A stretch of DNA of 64,000 bases, taken from positions 201,799 to 265,798 of the forward strand of contig JAJTYH010000002.1 in NCBI GenBank assembly GCA_021463465.1, read 5' to 3'. Below, piece after piece: positions 1-9,266 of the stretch. The DNA comes from a bacterium (lineage in GTDB: Bacteria; Patescibacteriota; Dojkabacteria; SC72). The notes under the pieces were generated by a model. The model made no database searches. It saw nothing but the letters and a program-made list of their open reading frames with translations, and had not been told where the DNA came from. Both the position numbers and the translations under genes were made by a program. How positions within the stretch are numbered: position 1 is the stretch's first letter; each line of letters begins with the position of its first letter.

Positions 1-2512
1 AAACCTTATCCCTTCAGCTCACTATCGAAAATCAGCAAAGATTGCTGGAGATACCTCAGGAAACTACCATCCACACGGTGAGGCTGTTATCTACCCTACA
101 ATGGTTAAGTTGGCACAAGAGTTTGCAACTCGATACCCTCTAATTGATGGACAAGGAAACTTCGGCTCAATTGACGGTGACCCACCCGCAGCTATGCGAT
201 ACACAGAGTCAAAGATGACCAAGATTACTGTAGAGATGCTTAAGGATCTTGAAAAAGGTACAGTGACATACTTACCTAACTATGACGGAACAAGATTAGA
301 ACCGACAATTTTGCCTGCAGCTTTTCCGCAATTACTTGCCAATGGTAGTGATGGTATCGCAGTAGGAATGGCAACCAAAATTCCTCCTCATAACCTAGGA
401 GAACTTATTACGGCACTACGAGCAATGATTAAGGCGGGAAATTCTTCTAAAGACGCTCCTATTTATAACGAGCTCCGTCTTTTAAGAGAGAAAACTGAGA
501 CTATTCCAATGACTTTGGATCGTAAACCAGAGAATTACTTAGACAATTATCTCCATAAAGAGGATACAGATTATACTCAGCAATTTGAAGCTCTTAAACA
601 AAGGCTCGAAAGTGGCGAAGTTTTGTACCCTGAGTTTAAATCTGAGCTCACCCCTGAAGACCTAATCGCTATCATTCCTGGTCCGGACTTTCCAACTGGA
701 AGTACTATTTACAACCGACAAGAGATTCTAAATGTGTATTCAACAGGGCGTGGAAAAATTCTCCAGCGAGCCAAAGCCAGTATTGAGGAAAATAGCAAGG
801 GACGTTTCGAAATCGTAGTAACTGAAATTCCTTACCAGGTGAACAAAGCCTACCTGATTGAAAAGATTGCTGATTTAGTTAAAGAGAAGAAGGTTGAAGG
901 AATTGCTGACATCAGAGATGAGTCCAATATCGAAGGTATGAGAGTTGTGATTGTACTCAAAAAGGACGGACAACCTAAAGCTGTACTGAACAAGCTCTAC
1001 AAGTACACCGAAATGCAAAAGGTATTCAGCGCGAATATGATCGCTTTAGTTGAGCAGGAACCCAAAACCCTGACCTTAAAGCACATGCTTGAGCTTTTCT
1101 TAAGCTTTAGAATTTCGGTAGTTGTAAGGCGATTTGAGTTTGATTTAGCACAAGATAGATACAGGGCACATATTCTTGAAGGTCTGCTAAAAGCTTTAGA
1201 CATTATTGATGAGATTATTACCACTATTCGTAAATCTAAGACTCAAGAAGAATCTAAGGAAAACTTGATGACCAAGTTCGAATTCACCTCTGTCCAAGCC
1301 CAAGCTATCTTAGATATGCAACTTAGAAAACTCGCTGCACTTGAGCGTGAAAAATTGCAAGATGAGTTCAAAGAGGTTTCTAACAACATCGATTACTACA
1401 CCAAGACTTTAGCCGACCAAACCAAAATTCTGGAGGTTATTGATAATGAGTTGGAAGAGATAAACAAAGCACATGCTGATGAACGGAGAACAAAGGTAAT
1501 CAAGGGAAAGATAGACGAAATCTCAGAGGAAGACATGGTAGCAGCGGAAGATACCTTGGTAACCATCAGCCATGAGGGTTACATCAAACGAGTTAACCCA
1601 AGCGTATACAAGCTCCAAAATCGTGGTGGAAAAGGCGTAGTTGGAGCTACAACCAAGCAGGACGATTGGGTAGAACATGCACTACTTTGTAATACTCATG
1701 ATGACTTGATGCTCTTTAGTAATCAAGGTAGAGTCTTTAAAATCAGAGTCTTCGAAGTACCAGAATACGGTCGAACTGCTAAAGGTTTACCGCTTGTAAA
1801 CCTTATTCAATTACAACAGGGAGAGTTAGTTACCAGCCTACTAACAATGTCTAAGGAAGGCAAAATCGGAGACAAAGGTATGGAATCAGAAGGAGACCAA
1901 AGAGAGTATAAGTATCTATTTATGGCAACCCGTAAGGGAACTGTAAAGAAAACCGATATCTCAGAGTTTGAAAAGATACGTAGCAACGGCCTTATTGCTG
2001 CTAAATTGGAAGATGGGGATCAACTCCTATGGGTAAAACCTACAACTGGAAATGATGACATACTGTTAGCTTCTATGTTTGGTAAATGTATTCGCTTTGC
2101 TGAAAAGGGTGTACGACCAACCGGTAGAGCTACAATGGGAGTTCGAGGTATTAAGATGAGTAAAGCTGAGGATAATTTAATATCAATGGATGTAGTAACA
2201 GATAACAATGGTCTTGTATTCTCACTCTCACAGAAGGGTTACGGTAAGATGACCAAACTCGACCAATACGCTCAACAGGGCAGGGGAGGGCAAGGTGTAT
2301 TTACATTCAAGGTAAACCCTAAAACGGGCAATTTAATTGTAAACAGGGTAGTTGCTAATATTGATGTTGAGATGGTAGTAATTTCGGAAGGTGGGCAGGT
2401 AATTAAGACACCGTTGAAAGCAATTCCCGTGCTGCTTCAAAGACAAACTTCAGGAGTCAAGGTAATGACTCTGTACGAAGGAGATAGCGTTGCCGCACTC
2501 GCACTACTTTAA
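1..2512 (+). CDS. gyrA: DNA gyrase subunit A (5' end lies upstream of the window; frame open from nt 2)
   Basis: RKSAKIAGD..YHPHG upstream of the called Met, catalytic AAMRYTE, NGSDGIAVGMAT, PGPDFPTG, GyrA-box QNRGGKG, C-terminal beta-pinwheel repeats. Confidence 0.97.
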   Translation, partial: NLIPSAHYRKSAKIAGDTSGNYHPHGEAVIYPTMVKLAQEFATRYPLIDGQGNFGSIDGDPPAAMRYTESKMTKITVEMLKDLEKGTVTYLPNYDGTRLEPTILPAAFPQLLANGSDGIAVGMATKIPPHNLGELITALRAMIKAGNSSKDAPIYNELRLLREKTETIPMTLDRKPENYLDNYLHKEDTDYTQQFEALKQRLESGEVLYPEFKSELTPEDLIAIIPGPDFPTGSTIYNRQEILNVYSTGRGKILQRAKASIEENSKGRFEIVVTEIPYQVNKAYLIEKIADLVKEKKVEGIADIRDESNIEGMRVVIVLKKDGQPKAVLNKLYKYTEMQKVFSANMIALVEQEPKTLTLKHMLELFLSFRISVVVRRFEFDLAQDRYRAHILEGLLKALDIIDEIITTIRKSKTQEESKENLMTKFEFTSVQAQAILDMQLRKLAALEREKLQDEFKEVSNNIDYYTKTLADQTKILEVIDNELEEINKAHADERRTKVIKGKIDEISEEDMVAAEDTLVTISHEGYIKRVNPSVYKLQNRGGKGVVGATTKQDDWVEHALLCNTHDDLMLFSNQGRVFKIRVFEVPEYGRTAKGLPLVNLIQLQQGELVTSLLTMSKEGKIGDKGMESEGDQREYKYLFMATRKGTVKKTDISEFEKIRSNGLIAAKLEDGDQLLWVKPTTGNDDILLASMFGKCIRFAEKGVRPTGRATMGVRGIKMSKAEDNLISMDVVTDNNGLVFSLSQKGYGKMTKLDQYAQQGRGGQGVFTFKVNPKTGNLIVNRVVANIDVEMVVISEGGQVIKTPLKAIPVLLQRQTSGVKVMTLYEGDSVAALALL

Positions 2513-2528
2513 TTTATATAAATGACAA

Positions 2529-3137
2529 ATGAGAGGTGTATATGCTAGTAGATTGCTGAAAAACAACCATGCAATAAGGTCACTAACATTATCTGACTTT
2601 GGAGTCTGGTCTGGTTCAAACCTGATTGGAGTTGTATTCCCACTATTCGTAATTGGTCAGATTCAAGGCGCAACTGTAACTGACGCGGGAATTTCAACTA
2701 TGATTTATCTTGGTATTGCAGCACTTTGCAATATACCACTAGGAAGATTTATGGATAAGCACGTTGGGTTAAAAGACGAACTCACATTGCTAGCCATTAG
2801 TAATCTTGTTCGTGGAATTTCATTAATTGCTTTAGCTCTAACAACTTCATTGTACTGGCTATTTATTTTGCAAGCTGTACTTGGCATTGCAAAATCAATG
2901 AATACAACATCCTGGAGGATACTATTTAGTAGGTTCTTGGATAAAAACAATATTGGTAGATCCTGGGGAGCTTATGACACTGTAATGTCGATTGGATTTG
3001 GAATTGCTGCATTTCTTGGAGGGTATTTAGGTGAAAACCTGGGCTATAACATTGTAATCTTTATTGGAGGTATTATGTCTTTGATTTCAACTTTTTTCCC
3101 TCTTATGTCATTTAAAGACATAGAGGGGGTACAATAA
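2529..3137 (+). CDS. Half-size (6-TM) MFS-type membrane transporter
   Basis: Six hydrophobic segments, MFS motif-A-like PLGRFMDKHVG, GRSWGAYD in the TM5 region. Confidence 0.75.
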   Translation: MRGVYASRLLKNNHAIRSLTLSDFGVWSGSNLIGVVFPLFVIGQIQGATVTDAGISTMIYLGIAALCNIPLGRFMDKHVGLKDELTLLAISNLVRGISLIALALTTSLYWLFILQAVLGIAKSMNTTSWRILFSRFLDKNNIGRSWGAYDTVMSIGFGIAAFLGGYLGENLGYNIVIFIGGIMSLISTFFPLMSFKDIEGVQ

Positions 3138-3140
3138 GGG

Positions 3141-4028
3141 ATGTTGAACAAATCCAAACGGATTCGACTCATTCTTACAGGTTTAGTATTGCCGCTGTTT
3201 TTTGCTTTAATTGTATTAGCCTTTTTATTAAATAAATACAGCTATGTATTTTTAACAACTAAACAAGGGCAAACTAGCTATTTAGAGCCAGCACAACAGG
3301 AGCAACCTACTCTAGATATTCCTAAAGTTGAAGCTCCAAAAGTACCCAAAATAAAGACCACGAATTCAGTAGAGGAGAAGCCTAAACCTACCACTAATAG
3401 TACAAACTCCAATTGGTGGGAATATCCACGAAGAATTTACACCACAACTAAATCGGGTAACAATTTGCTAGTACTTGTAAATAAAAAGTATAAATTACCT
3501 AGTAGCTACAAACCAACAGACCTTGTAAGTGTTAAACAGAGCGGTATTCGCACTAAAGGTAACGCTGAATATTCTGTGCGTCAGGTCTTGATAGCCGATC
3601 TTAAAGCAATGAATAAGGCTGCTAAGGCAGATGGCGTTGATATTTCAGTAATATCAGCGTATCGATCGTATTCTACCCAGGTTTCTACTTACGACTACTG
3701 GGTAAAATATAATGGAAGTGCAGCTGCCGCTGACAAAATATCCGCACGTCCTGGCCACAGCCAGCACCAGCTAGGCACTGCAATTGATTTTAGTAGTAAC
3801 CAAATAGGCGATAGATTAGGAGCAGAGTTTAATAATACTAAAGCTAGCAAATGGCTTGTTCAAAACGCTTGGAAGTACGGGTTTGTAATTAGCTATCCTC
3901 AAGGGTACGAAAGTATCACAGGTTATGCATATGAGAGTTGGCATTACAGATATATTGGGGTTGGAAACGCTTTAAAAATGAATACTCAAAATCAAATTCT
4001 TGAAATCTTTCTACAAAAACACCCGTGA
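3141..4028 (+). CDS. Membrane-anchored D-Ala-D-Ala carboxypeptidase, peptidase M15B (VanY-like)
   Basis: N-terminal TM, Pro/Thr/Lys linker, LVNKKYKLP, SAYRSY, SARPGHSQHQLGTAID, YESWHYRYIG. Confidence 0.92.
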   Translation: MLNKSKRIRLILTGLVLPLFFALIVLAFLLNKYSYVFLTTKQGQTSYLEPAQQEQPTLDIPKVEAPKVPKIKTTNSVEEKPKPTTNSTNSNWWEYPRRIYTTTKSGNNLLVLVNKKYKLPSSYKPTDLVSVKQSGIRTKGNAEYSVRQVLIADLKAMNKAAKADGVDISVISAYRSYSTQVSTYDYWVKYNGSAAAADKISARPGHSQHQLGTAIDFSSNQIGDRLGAEFNNTKASKWLVQNAWKYGFVISYPQGYESITGYAYESWHYRYIGVGNALKMNTQNQILEIFLQKHP

Positions 4029-4251
4029 ATCAGAAATTCGATTTAGATTCTTGGCCATTGTTTTATTAGTGATATTTCACTCAAACCATAGGCTAATCGT
4101 CAAACTTCCTGGATTTCTTGGAACAATCCTGCTGTTTTACAGTTAACTTTTCGTCACGATTACGACTGTAACTGCTTTGCTCTATCATGTGCGTTATGTT
4201 TATACACTGACGCACCTGCGGTTACTTTTACATTAATGAGATATTTTAACC

Positions 4252-5358
4252 CTACTTGAAATTCCCAACAGAAACCTCATATTTAAAGGATTCAAGGGTC
4301 CTCAAACTTGTGTCGACTCCCCAGTTAGCGCCAGGATAGTGAGTATCACTCTCAACTTCCAAAAGAATTAAACCTACAACTTTCTCTCTGGCTTGAATCT
4401 TCCTTAAACAATCACTAAGCCATTCAGCTTTATTGCCTCCTCTTTCAGCTGAACCAAACTCAGCTACCATAACCTTTTTAGGATACTTTGAGATCTGGTC
4501 AAATTGGGCAACGAATAGCTCATCGCAAGACTTCCAACGATTTGCAGGTTCACCCACACCAATTCCATGATTTAAAATAGAAAGCCCTATTACATCAACA
4601 AATCCGTCGCCAGGATAGTACAAACTAACTACGTCTGGCCAATAGGCGAGGGGGCTCCACATAAATTCAACATTGAAGGCCTCTTCCTCTCTAAACAATC
4701 TCACGACGTGTTGATAGGCCTCTTTAAACCCTTCAGGATCACCTTGCCAAGGATAAGCATAAACATCCCCAACCGGAGTTGACTGCTCATGAGCAAACCT
4801 GAGGATTAAGCGGATGTTGGTAGATTTGGAATCTTTAGCCCACTGCCTGATGTAATCATCATGTTTACCTTCAATTATGGTCTTAAAGCTATATTTTTCC
4901 TGTTTTTTCCCTCTAGTTACTTTATTTAAATCTCTTGCCCAAGGTTCCCAGGTAATTACTGGGGTAATGCCGGTTTTCTGCCATCCTTCCACATACTCAA
5001 AGGGGAAAATAGATTCATATTTATCTCCCCAGGCCCTAAAAACCAAATTGTAATTGAGTTTATGGCCAATCATATCTTCAAAAGCCAAGACTGACGCAAA
5101 TGACTTAGGGTTGTTTGATGGATCATAAATTCCTAGTCCGACCCGATTATCGTTCACAAATTCATACTGAGAAACAAAATTGCCAGATTTAGGTTGAATC
5201 TGTAGTAAATCGTAGACAAGTAGCTTAACCCTCGACATCCTAGTTTCAACCTGAAACATAACCTCTTTGACCCCAACTGATCTAACGTAAAAAAGCGCTC
5301 CGACAAAGAGTAAAATAACAATCGTTGCCAACACTAACTTGAATACACGTATAAACAC
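4252..5358 (-). CDS. Membrane-anchored GH26-family glycoside hydrolase (beta-mannanase/glucanase-like)
   Basis: N-terminal TM, ITWEPW, I..GKHDDYIRQWA, LRFAHE (acid/base), YYPGDGFVDVIG, VAEFG (nucleophile). Confidence 0.85.
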   Translation of the reverse strand: MFIRVFKLVLATIVILLFVGALFYVRSVGVKEVMFQVETRMSRVKLLVYDLLQIQPKSGNFVSQYEFVNDNRVGLGIYDPSNNPKSFASVLAFEDMIGHKLNYNLVFRAWGDKYESIFPFEYVEGWQKTGITPVITWEPWARDLNKVTRGKKQEKYSFKTIIEGKHDDYIRQWAKDSKSTNIRLILRFAHEQSTPVGDVYAYPWQGDPEGFKEAYQHVVRLFREEEAFNVEFMWSPLAYWPDVVSLYYPGDGFVDVIGLSILNHGIGVGEPANRWKSCDELFVAQFDQISKYPKKVMVAEFGSAERGGNKAEWLSDCLRKIQAREKVVGLILLEVESDTHYPGANWGVDTSLRTLESFKYEVSVGNFK

Positions 5359-5401
5359 TATAGGTTGTTACTTAAAGCTAAATAAGGTATAATTCTTCAT
5401 T

Positions 5402-6958
5402 ATGTTATACAACATATTAACAAAAGCAATAGGAGTTTTGGCCATCGTAGGTGGATTCCTTTATCTGGACTGGACTTTACAGTCACTTAACTGGAGTCAC
5501 CCATTCTTAGCCTTAGCTACTTACTTTTTTAGTGTGTTCAGTTTCCTTCTAACATTAATCCTTGTTATCAATAACTGGTATTCGCATAAAAAGGAAGTTA
5601 AGCCTAATGCTCTTTCTGAAGAAGATTTGCCAAGTGTTGCTATTATTATCCCTACATGGAGAGAGCCTCTTCATGTGCTTGAAAAGACTATATACTCAAT
5701 TCTTAATGGAAGCTATCCTTTAGATAAGCTTCTAATTGTAGTTTCAGATGATGCTGCGGATATTGAGCTGAAAACTCTAGTTCACTACTTAAGAAATAAG
5801 TACAAAGTAAACTTGGTTTACCACAAAGCTCCTGCCAAGGGTTCTACTCAAAGAATAGGTGAAGGTAAAGCCGGAAATCTTAATTCAGCTTATGAACTAA
5901 TCAAAGGATTTGATTTCATTAAATATATAGAGACTCGTGATGCTGACGATTTGGTAGGCGATAGGAACTTCTTAATCAAAGCTGTTACCGAACTTGAAAG
6001 TAACGAAAAACTTGCTTATGTGCAGACTATCAAAGAAGCATATGGGTCAAGAAACGATCCATTTTCAAACAGAGAACGTTTCTTCTATCACAATGTAATG
6101 CTTAACAAACAGGCAGCTAACGCCGTATTTCCATGCGGTTCGGGCTTAGTTTGGCGAAAAATCGCCCTTGAAGATATCAATGGGTTTTCAGCGTGGAATT
6201 TAGTTGAAGACGTACAATCAGGTATCGATGCCCTTAAAAAGGGTTGGGAAGGTAAGTATCTACCTATTATCGGAGCCGTAGTGCAGGTAGCACCTGAAGA
6301 CCTGCAGAATGTAGTAAAGCAGAGAACAACCTGGGCAATGGATTCACTCAGAATGTTTTTCTGGGAGGATATGAAAGGGTTGTCATTTAAACAGAAGTTA
6401 CAGTTTTTAGACGCACCTTTAACCTACCTATTTAGTATTTTCATGTTCTTACAAATGATTGTTGTGTCCTCGACTTTAATAACCGGTGATATCCCTATTA
6501 AAGGCGATATCTTTATCTATGCTTTTCACGTAATGACTTCAATCCTTGCTAATTTCATCTTTATTTCAGCACTACGCAGAAATACTAACGTTAAGATGAT
6601 TGAGGTTATTAAAAGTGTGCTTTTCTTCCTAGGATTAGGTCCACAATTCCTTATTAGTCTGGTAAAGGTACTAGTATACGGTAAGAATAGAAAACCTAAG
6701 TATGTCGTCACTAGAAGGGAAAATATCAACAAAATCTACCTTTCACACGTATTACCTCAAATCGTAATCATTGATCTAATATTGTTTAGTGTCTTGAGGA
6801 ATATCCAAATTTCAGGAGTAGAGAGTGATTGGATCAACATTATTTGGGCAATTGGATATATTGTGATGTATTTCAGGATTATAAAGCTATCCTGGTTTAA
6901 CTACGGATTCTTTAAGAGTCCTTTGGTGATAGCAAATACGCAGCTTAAAGAAGCTTAA
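5402..6958 (+). CDS. Processive GT2 glycan synthase (cellulose-synthase-like catalytic subunit, no PilZ domain)
   Basis: 2 N-terminal TMs, IIIPTWRE, SDD, GKAGNLN, DAD, FPCGSG, VED, QRTTW (QxxRW-like), C-terminal TMs. Confidence 0.9.
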   Translation: MLYNILTKAIGVLAIVGGFLYLDWTLQSLNWSHPFLALATYFFSVFSFLLTLILVINNWYSHKKEVKPNALSEEDLPSVAIIIPTWREPLHVLEKTIYSILNGSYPLDKLLIVVSDDAADIELKTLVHYLRNKYKVNLVYHKAPAKGSTQRIGEGKAGNLNSAYELIKGFDFIKYIETRDADDLVGDRNFLIKAVTELESNEKLAYVQTIKEAYGSRNDPFSNRERFFYHNVMLNKQAANAVFPCGSGLVWRKIALEDINGFSAWNLVEDVQSGIDALKKGWEGKYLPIIGAVVQVAPEDLQNVVKQRTTWAMDSLRMFFWEDMKGLSFKQKLQFLDAPLTYLFSIFMFLQMIVVSSTLITGDIPIKGDIFIYAFHVMTSILANFIFISALRRNTNVKMIEVIKSVLFFLGLGPQFLISLVKVLVYGKNRKPKYVVTRRENINKIYLSHVLPQIVIIDLILFSVLRNIQISGVESDWINIIWAIGYIVMYFRIIKLSWFNYGFFKSPLVIANTQLKEA

Positions 6959-6970
6959 AACTTTCCCTAC

Positions 6971-7054
6971 GTTTGAAATTTCTGTTGAAATAAAGAGTTA
7001 ATCCTTCTACTAAATACACCTTGCGTATATTCATTAGAAGAATCAGTGAAGATG
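6971..7054 (-). repeat. 3' trailer blocks complementary to the 5' leader of the 7107-7739 gene
   Basis: 7042-7054 is the exact reverse complement of 7876-7888 (13 bp); 7015-7025 of 7860-7870 (11 bp); 6971-6986 pairs with 7836-7850 as 8+5 bp. Confidence 0.8.
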
Positions 7055-7063
7055 CTGAAGAGT

Positions 7064-7105
7064 AGTGTTGCCCTGCGGCATTCGCAGCCGCAGGGCCAGA
7101 ACACT
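7064..7105. terminator. GC-rich hairpin between convergent genes
   Basis: AGTGTT-GCCCTGCGGC-loop-GCCGCAGGGC-CAG-AACACT; a short T run follows only on the + strand. Confidence 0.6.
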
Positions 7106-7106
7106 T

Positions 7107-7739
7107 TTACTCAACCGAACAACCATCCAATTCTTCGCGGACCTCAGCCCATGCATCGACAAACGCCGTCACAAAAGCCTGAGGATCGCCTCCGTCAAAC
7201 TGAATAATTGTTGACATGGGGACATCCCAAGATGACATGAGACTCGTGTAGTGTGGAACGTAGGTTCCGACACACATGTAATGAGTCACCGACCTGGATT
7301 GAACCCATTGATGGTAGTCACGCATCGCAATAAATATCGATCTGTTTTCGGTGACACCGTCAACTGCACCCAGCTTCAGTTCCTCTTCGGCGAATTCACC
7401 CCACGAGACAACGAGTTGTCCGTTTCCCCACGGGATATACGCCTGGAACCAGGATCCGTGATCAATGGAATCAACGCCGTACGTGTCTGAGATGAAATCT
7501 TCAGTCCACGTATAAAATCTCGGCGTCGATGTATCTCCAACGACCGCATGTCCGTCTTCGTCAGTCCACTCAAGAACTTCTCCTGCCTTTTCGTGGCTGA
7601 CAACGTCAACCGCTGAACCTGACTCAGGCCCGGCGGCTTGGATTGAACCGTTAGGACGGAACGCCGTGAATACCAGAGCAATCGCTCCCACGAGTCCAAG
7701 TCCGAACAGAAATCCGAGTAACGTACTGTTTCGCTTCAT
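7107..7739 (-). CDS. Hypothetical exported/membrane-anchored protein (210 aa) with atypically high GC
   Basis: Signal-like N-terminus MKRNSTLLGFLFGLGLVGAIALVF, AAGGAG SD 8 nt upstream, own promoter; no recognisable family. Confidence 0.8.
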   Translation of the reverse strand: MKRNSTLLGFLFGLGLVGAIALVFTAFRPNGSIQAAGPESGSAVDVVSHEKAGEVLEWTDEDGHAVVGDTSTPRFYTWTEDFISDTYGVDSIDHGSWFQAYIPWGNGQLVVSWGEFAEEELKLGAVDGVTENRSIFIAMRDYHQWVQSRSVTHYMCVGTYVPHYTSLMSSWDVPMSTIIQFDGGDPQAFVTAFVDAWAEVREELDGCSVE

Positions 7740-7794
7740 ATGATCATCTCCTTGTTTGTAAGCGAATCTAACTTGATTTGTTTTTACCTATTTA

Positions 7795-7834
7795 CACCCA
7801 CTCAACTCTCTATAATTAAAGAGTTCAGTGGGTG
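7795..7834 (-). other. Leader hairpin of the 7107-7739 transcript
   Basis: CACCCACT-G-AACTCT-loop-AGAGTT-G-AGTGGGTG on the - strand. Confidence 0.7.
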
Positions 7835-7928
7835 AAACAGTTTTTCAAACCAATAAGTTCGCAAGGTGTAAAAATCATCTTCACTGATATATACCCGATA
7901 GTAGTAGATTAAAATCTTACTACCAAGT

Positions 7929-7942
7929 ATTTTAAAAGATCA
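7929..7942 (-). promoter_or_regulatory. boxA-like antitermination motif preceded by a boxB-like hairpin
   Basis: TGATCTTTTAAAAT on the - strand directly after hairpin GATCTGAAT-TTCTT-ATTTAGATT; resembles rrn boxA TGCTCTTTAACA. Confidence 0.55.
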
Positions 7943-7970
7943 ATCTAAATAAGAAATTCAGATCTGCACA

Positions 7971-8000
7971 ATTATATAATAGGTGAGAAGGGGAAGTCAA
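7971..8000 (-). promoter_or_regulatory. Sigma70-type promoter
   Basis: TTGACT (8000-7995), N18, TATAAT (7976-7971) on the - strand. Confidence 0.75.
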
Positions 8001-8043
8001 TACTATAGGTTGTATGGCAGATGACAAATTGATATAATTGACG

Positions 8044-9201
8044 ATGGTTAATAATGCTAACACACAAGAAATTAATAGATTAAATGCGTTAAGGGAGCAA
8101 ATTACCTTTCCTATCGGAATGGATTCAGGAGAAATTTTGGATCAAGTACCTCAAGCAGAACAAATTTTAGCAGAGTTAGATGCTGGATTTGTTGAACTAC
8201 CTTCGCTTGATGAAGCCTTAAAGGCAAAACTTGGCGACAATGCGGAAAACCTTTTGAAAGCAGAAGGTTTTAGAGTGTTAGATATCAGAAACAATCAGTG
8301 CACATATCTATCTACCAAGAACCTCCCAAATGGCCGCAAAGAACTAAGGTCGCACTGGAAAAAACTCCTCAAAGAACTCCCAGAGGAAGCCTCTGTTAAG
8401 TCTATTGGTGATATTCTCCTAGTAACTCAGAGCGTTAAAGATGGAGTACTGACAAACAAACTTCATGTACTTGTAGATTTAAGAGAAAATGAATCAAGCA
8501 AAAAGGATGGGATAAGTCTATCAATACTTCAAGAGAAAGAAGACGGACATGTTTGGGATGTTAATAATTTGTACGGAATAAAGAGTAAAGTTTACTTGAA
8601 AAATAACGAACTGGTTTGGTTATTTATCAATCCATTTAAGTACTTTGGACGTATCGCCACAATTGATGGGAAAAATGTAATCCTAAACCGTTTATCACTT
8701 AATCCGGGGAGTCAAAGCTTCATTCCTGACATAGTCAAACATGAAAAGGTGCATATTAAACAGAGCTCAGAAGGAGTCCTTAAAATGGATGATGAGTTAA
8801 AGTTTGTTGCTTTTTCAATCCTTTTTCAAGATTTAGCCTCATTATCCTCACTTGCTGTTTTGATTCAACAAGGCTCACCTTGGCTATTTATGGCAAGTCT
8901 CACTGCAGCTTTAGCACTGTATATTCGTTCTAGACAAAAAGGAACTCCTTTGAACAAAGGACTGAGTAAACTACTAGCTGTTGAGGCAGAAGCATACTTT
9001 TCTTCTATTGCACACGAAAGAATTCTTAGAGATAAAGGGTATGTTGCAAGTAAACCTATACTACAACCCAAAGAGTATGCTAAACAACTTTCTTTATACC
9101 AACCTCTCACTTGGCTTTTGATCCAGAAAATTCATGAGCTTTTTACTAGGCGGAAGATAACAGCTGCTCCCTTACCGGCTACAGGATATTCTTTGAGTTA
9201 A
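8044..9201 (+). CDS. Hypothetical membrane protein with HEXXH zinc-metallopeptidase-like motif
   Basis: HEKVH (8740-8754), hydrophobic hairpin, downstream EAEAY; TATAAT just upstream of ATG 8044. Confidence 0.6.
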   Translation: MVNNANTQEINRLNALREQITFPIGMDSGEILDQVPQAEQILAELDAGFVELPSLDEALKAKLGDNAENLLKAEGFRVLDIRNNQCTYLSTKNLPNGRKELRSHWKKLLKELPEEASVKSIGDILLVTQSVKDGVLTNKLHVLVDLRENESSKKDGISLSILQEKEDGHVWDVNNLYGIKSKVYLKNNELVWLFINPFKYFGRIATIDGKNVILNRLSLNPGSQSFIPDIVKHEKVHIKQSSEGVLKMDDELKFVAFSILFQDLASLSSLAVLIQQGSPWLFMASLTAALALYIRSRQKGTPLNKGLSKLLAVEAEAYFSSIAHERILRDKGYVASKPILQPKEYAKQLSLYQPLTWLLIQKIHELFTRRKITAAPLPATGYSLS

Positions 9202-9266
9202 AAGTCATTGACTCCCTACTAAAGAAATGCTTAAGTATATGAGTAAATAAATTTTGTCTCTGCCCA

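Noticed and set aside
437-640. Intein in gyrA
   Set aside because: Insert is too short, is not at the catalytic Tyr site, and lacks the Cys/Ser start and His-Asn end
6971-7888. Transposon or MITE terminal inverted repeats around the 210-aa gene
   Set aside because: Blocks are in crossed rather than nested order, no target duplication is seen, and the protein has no transposase motif
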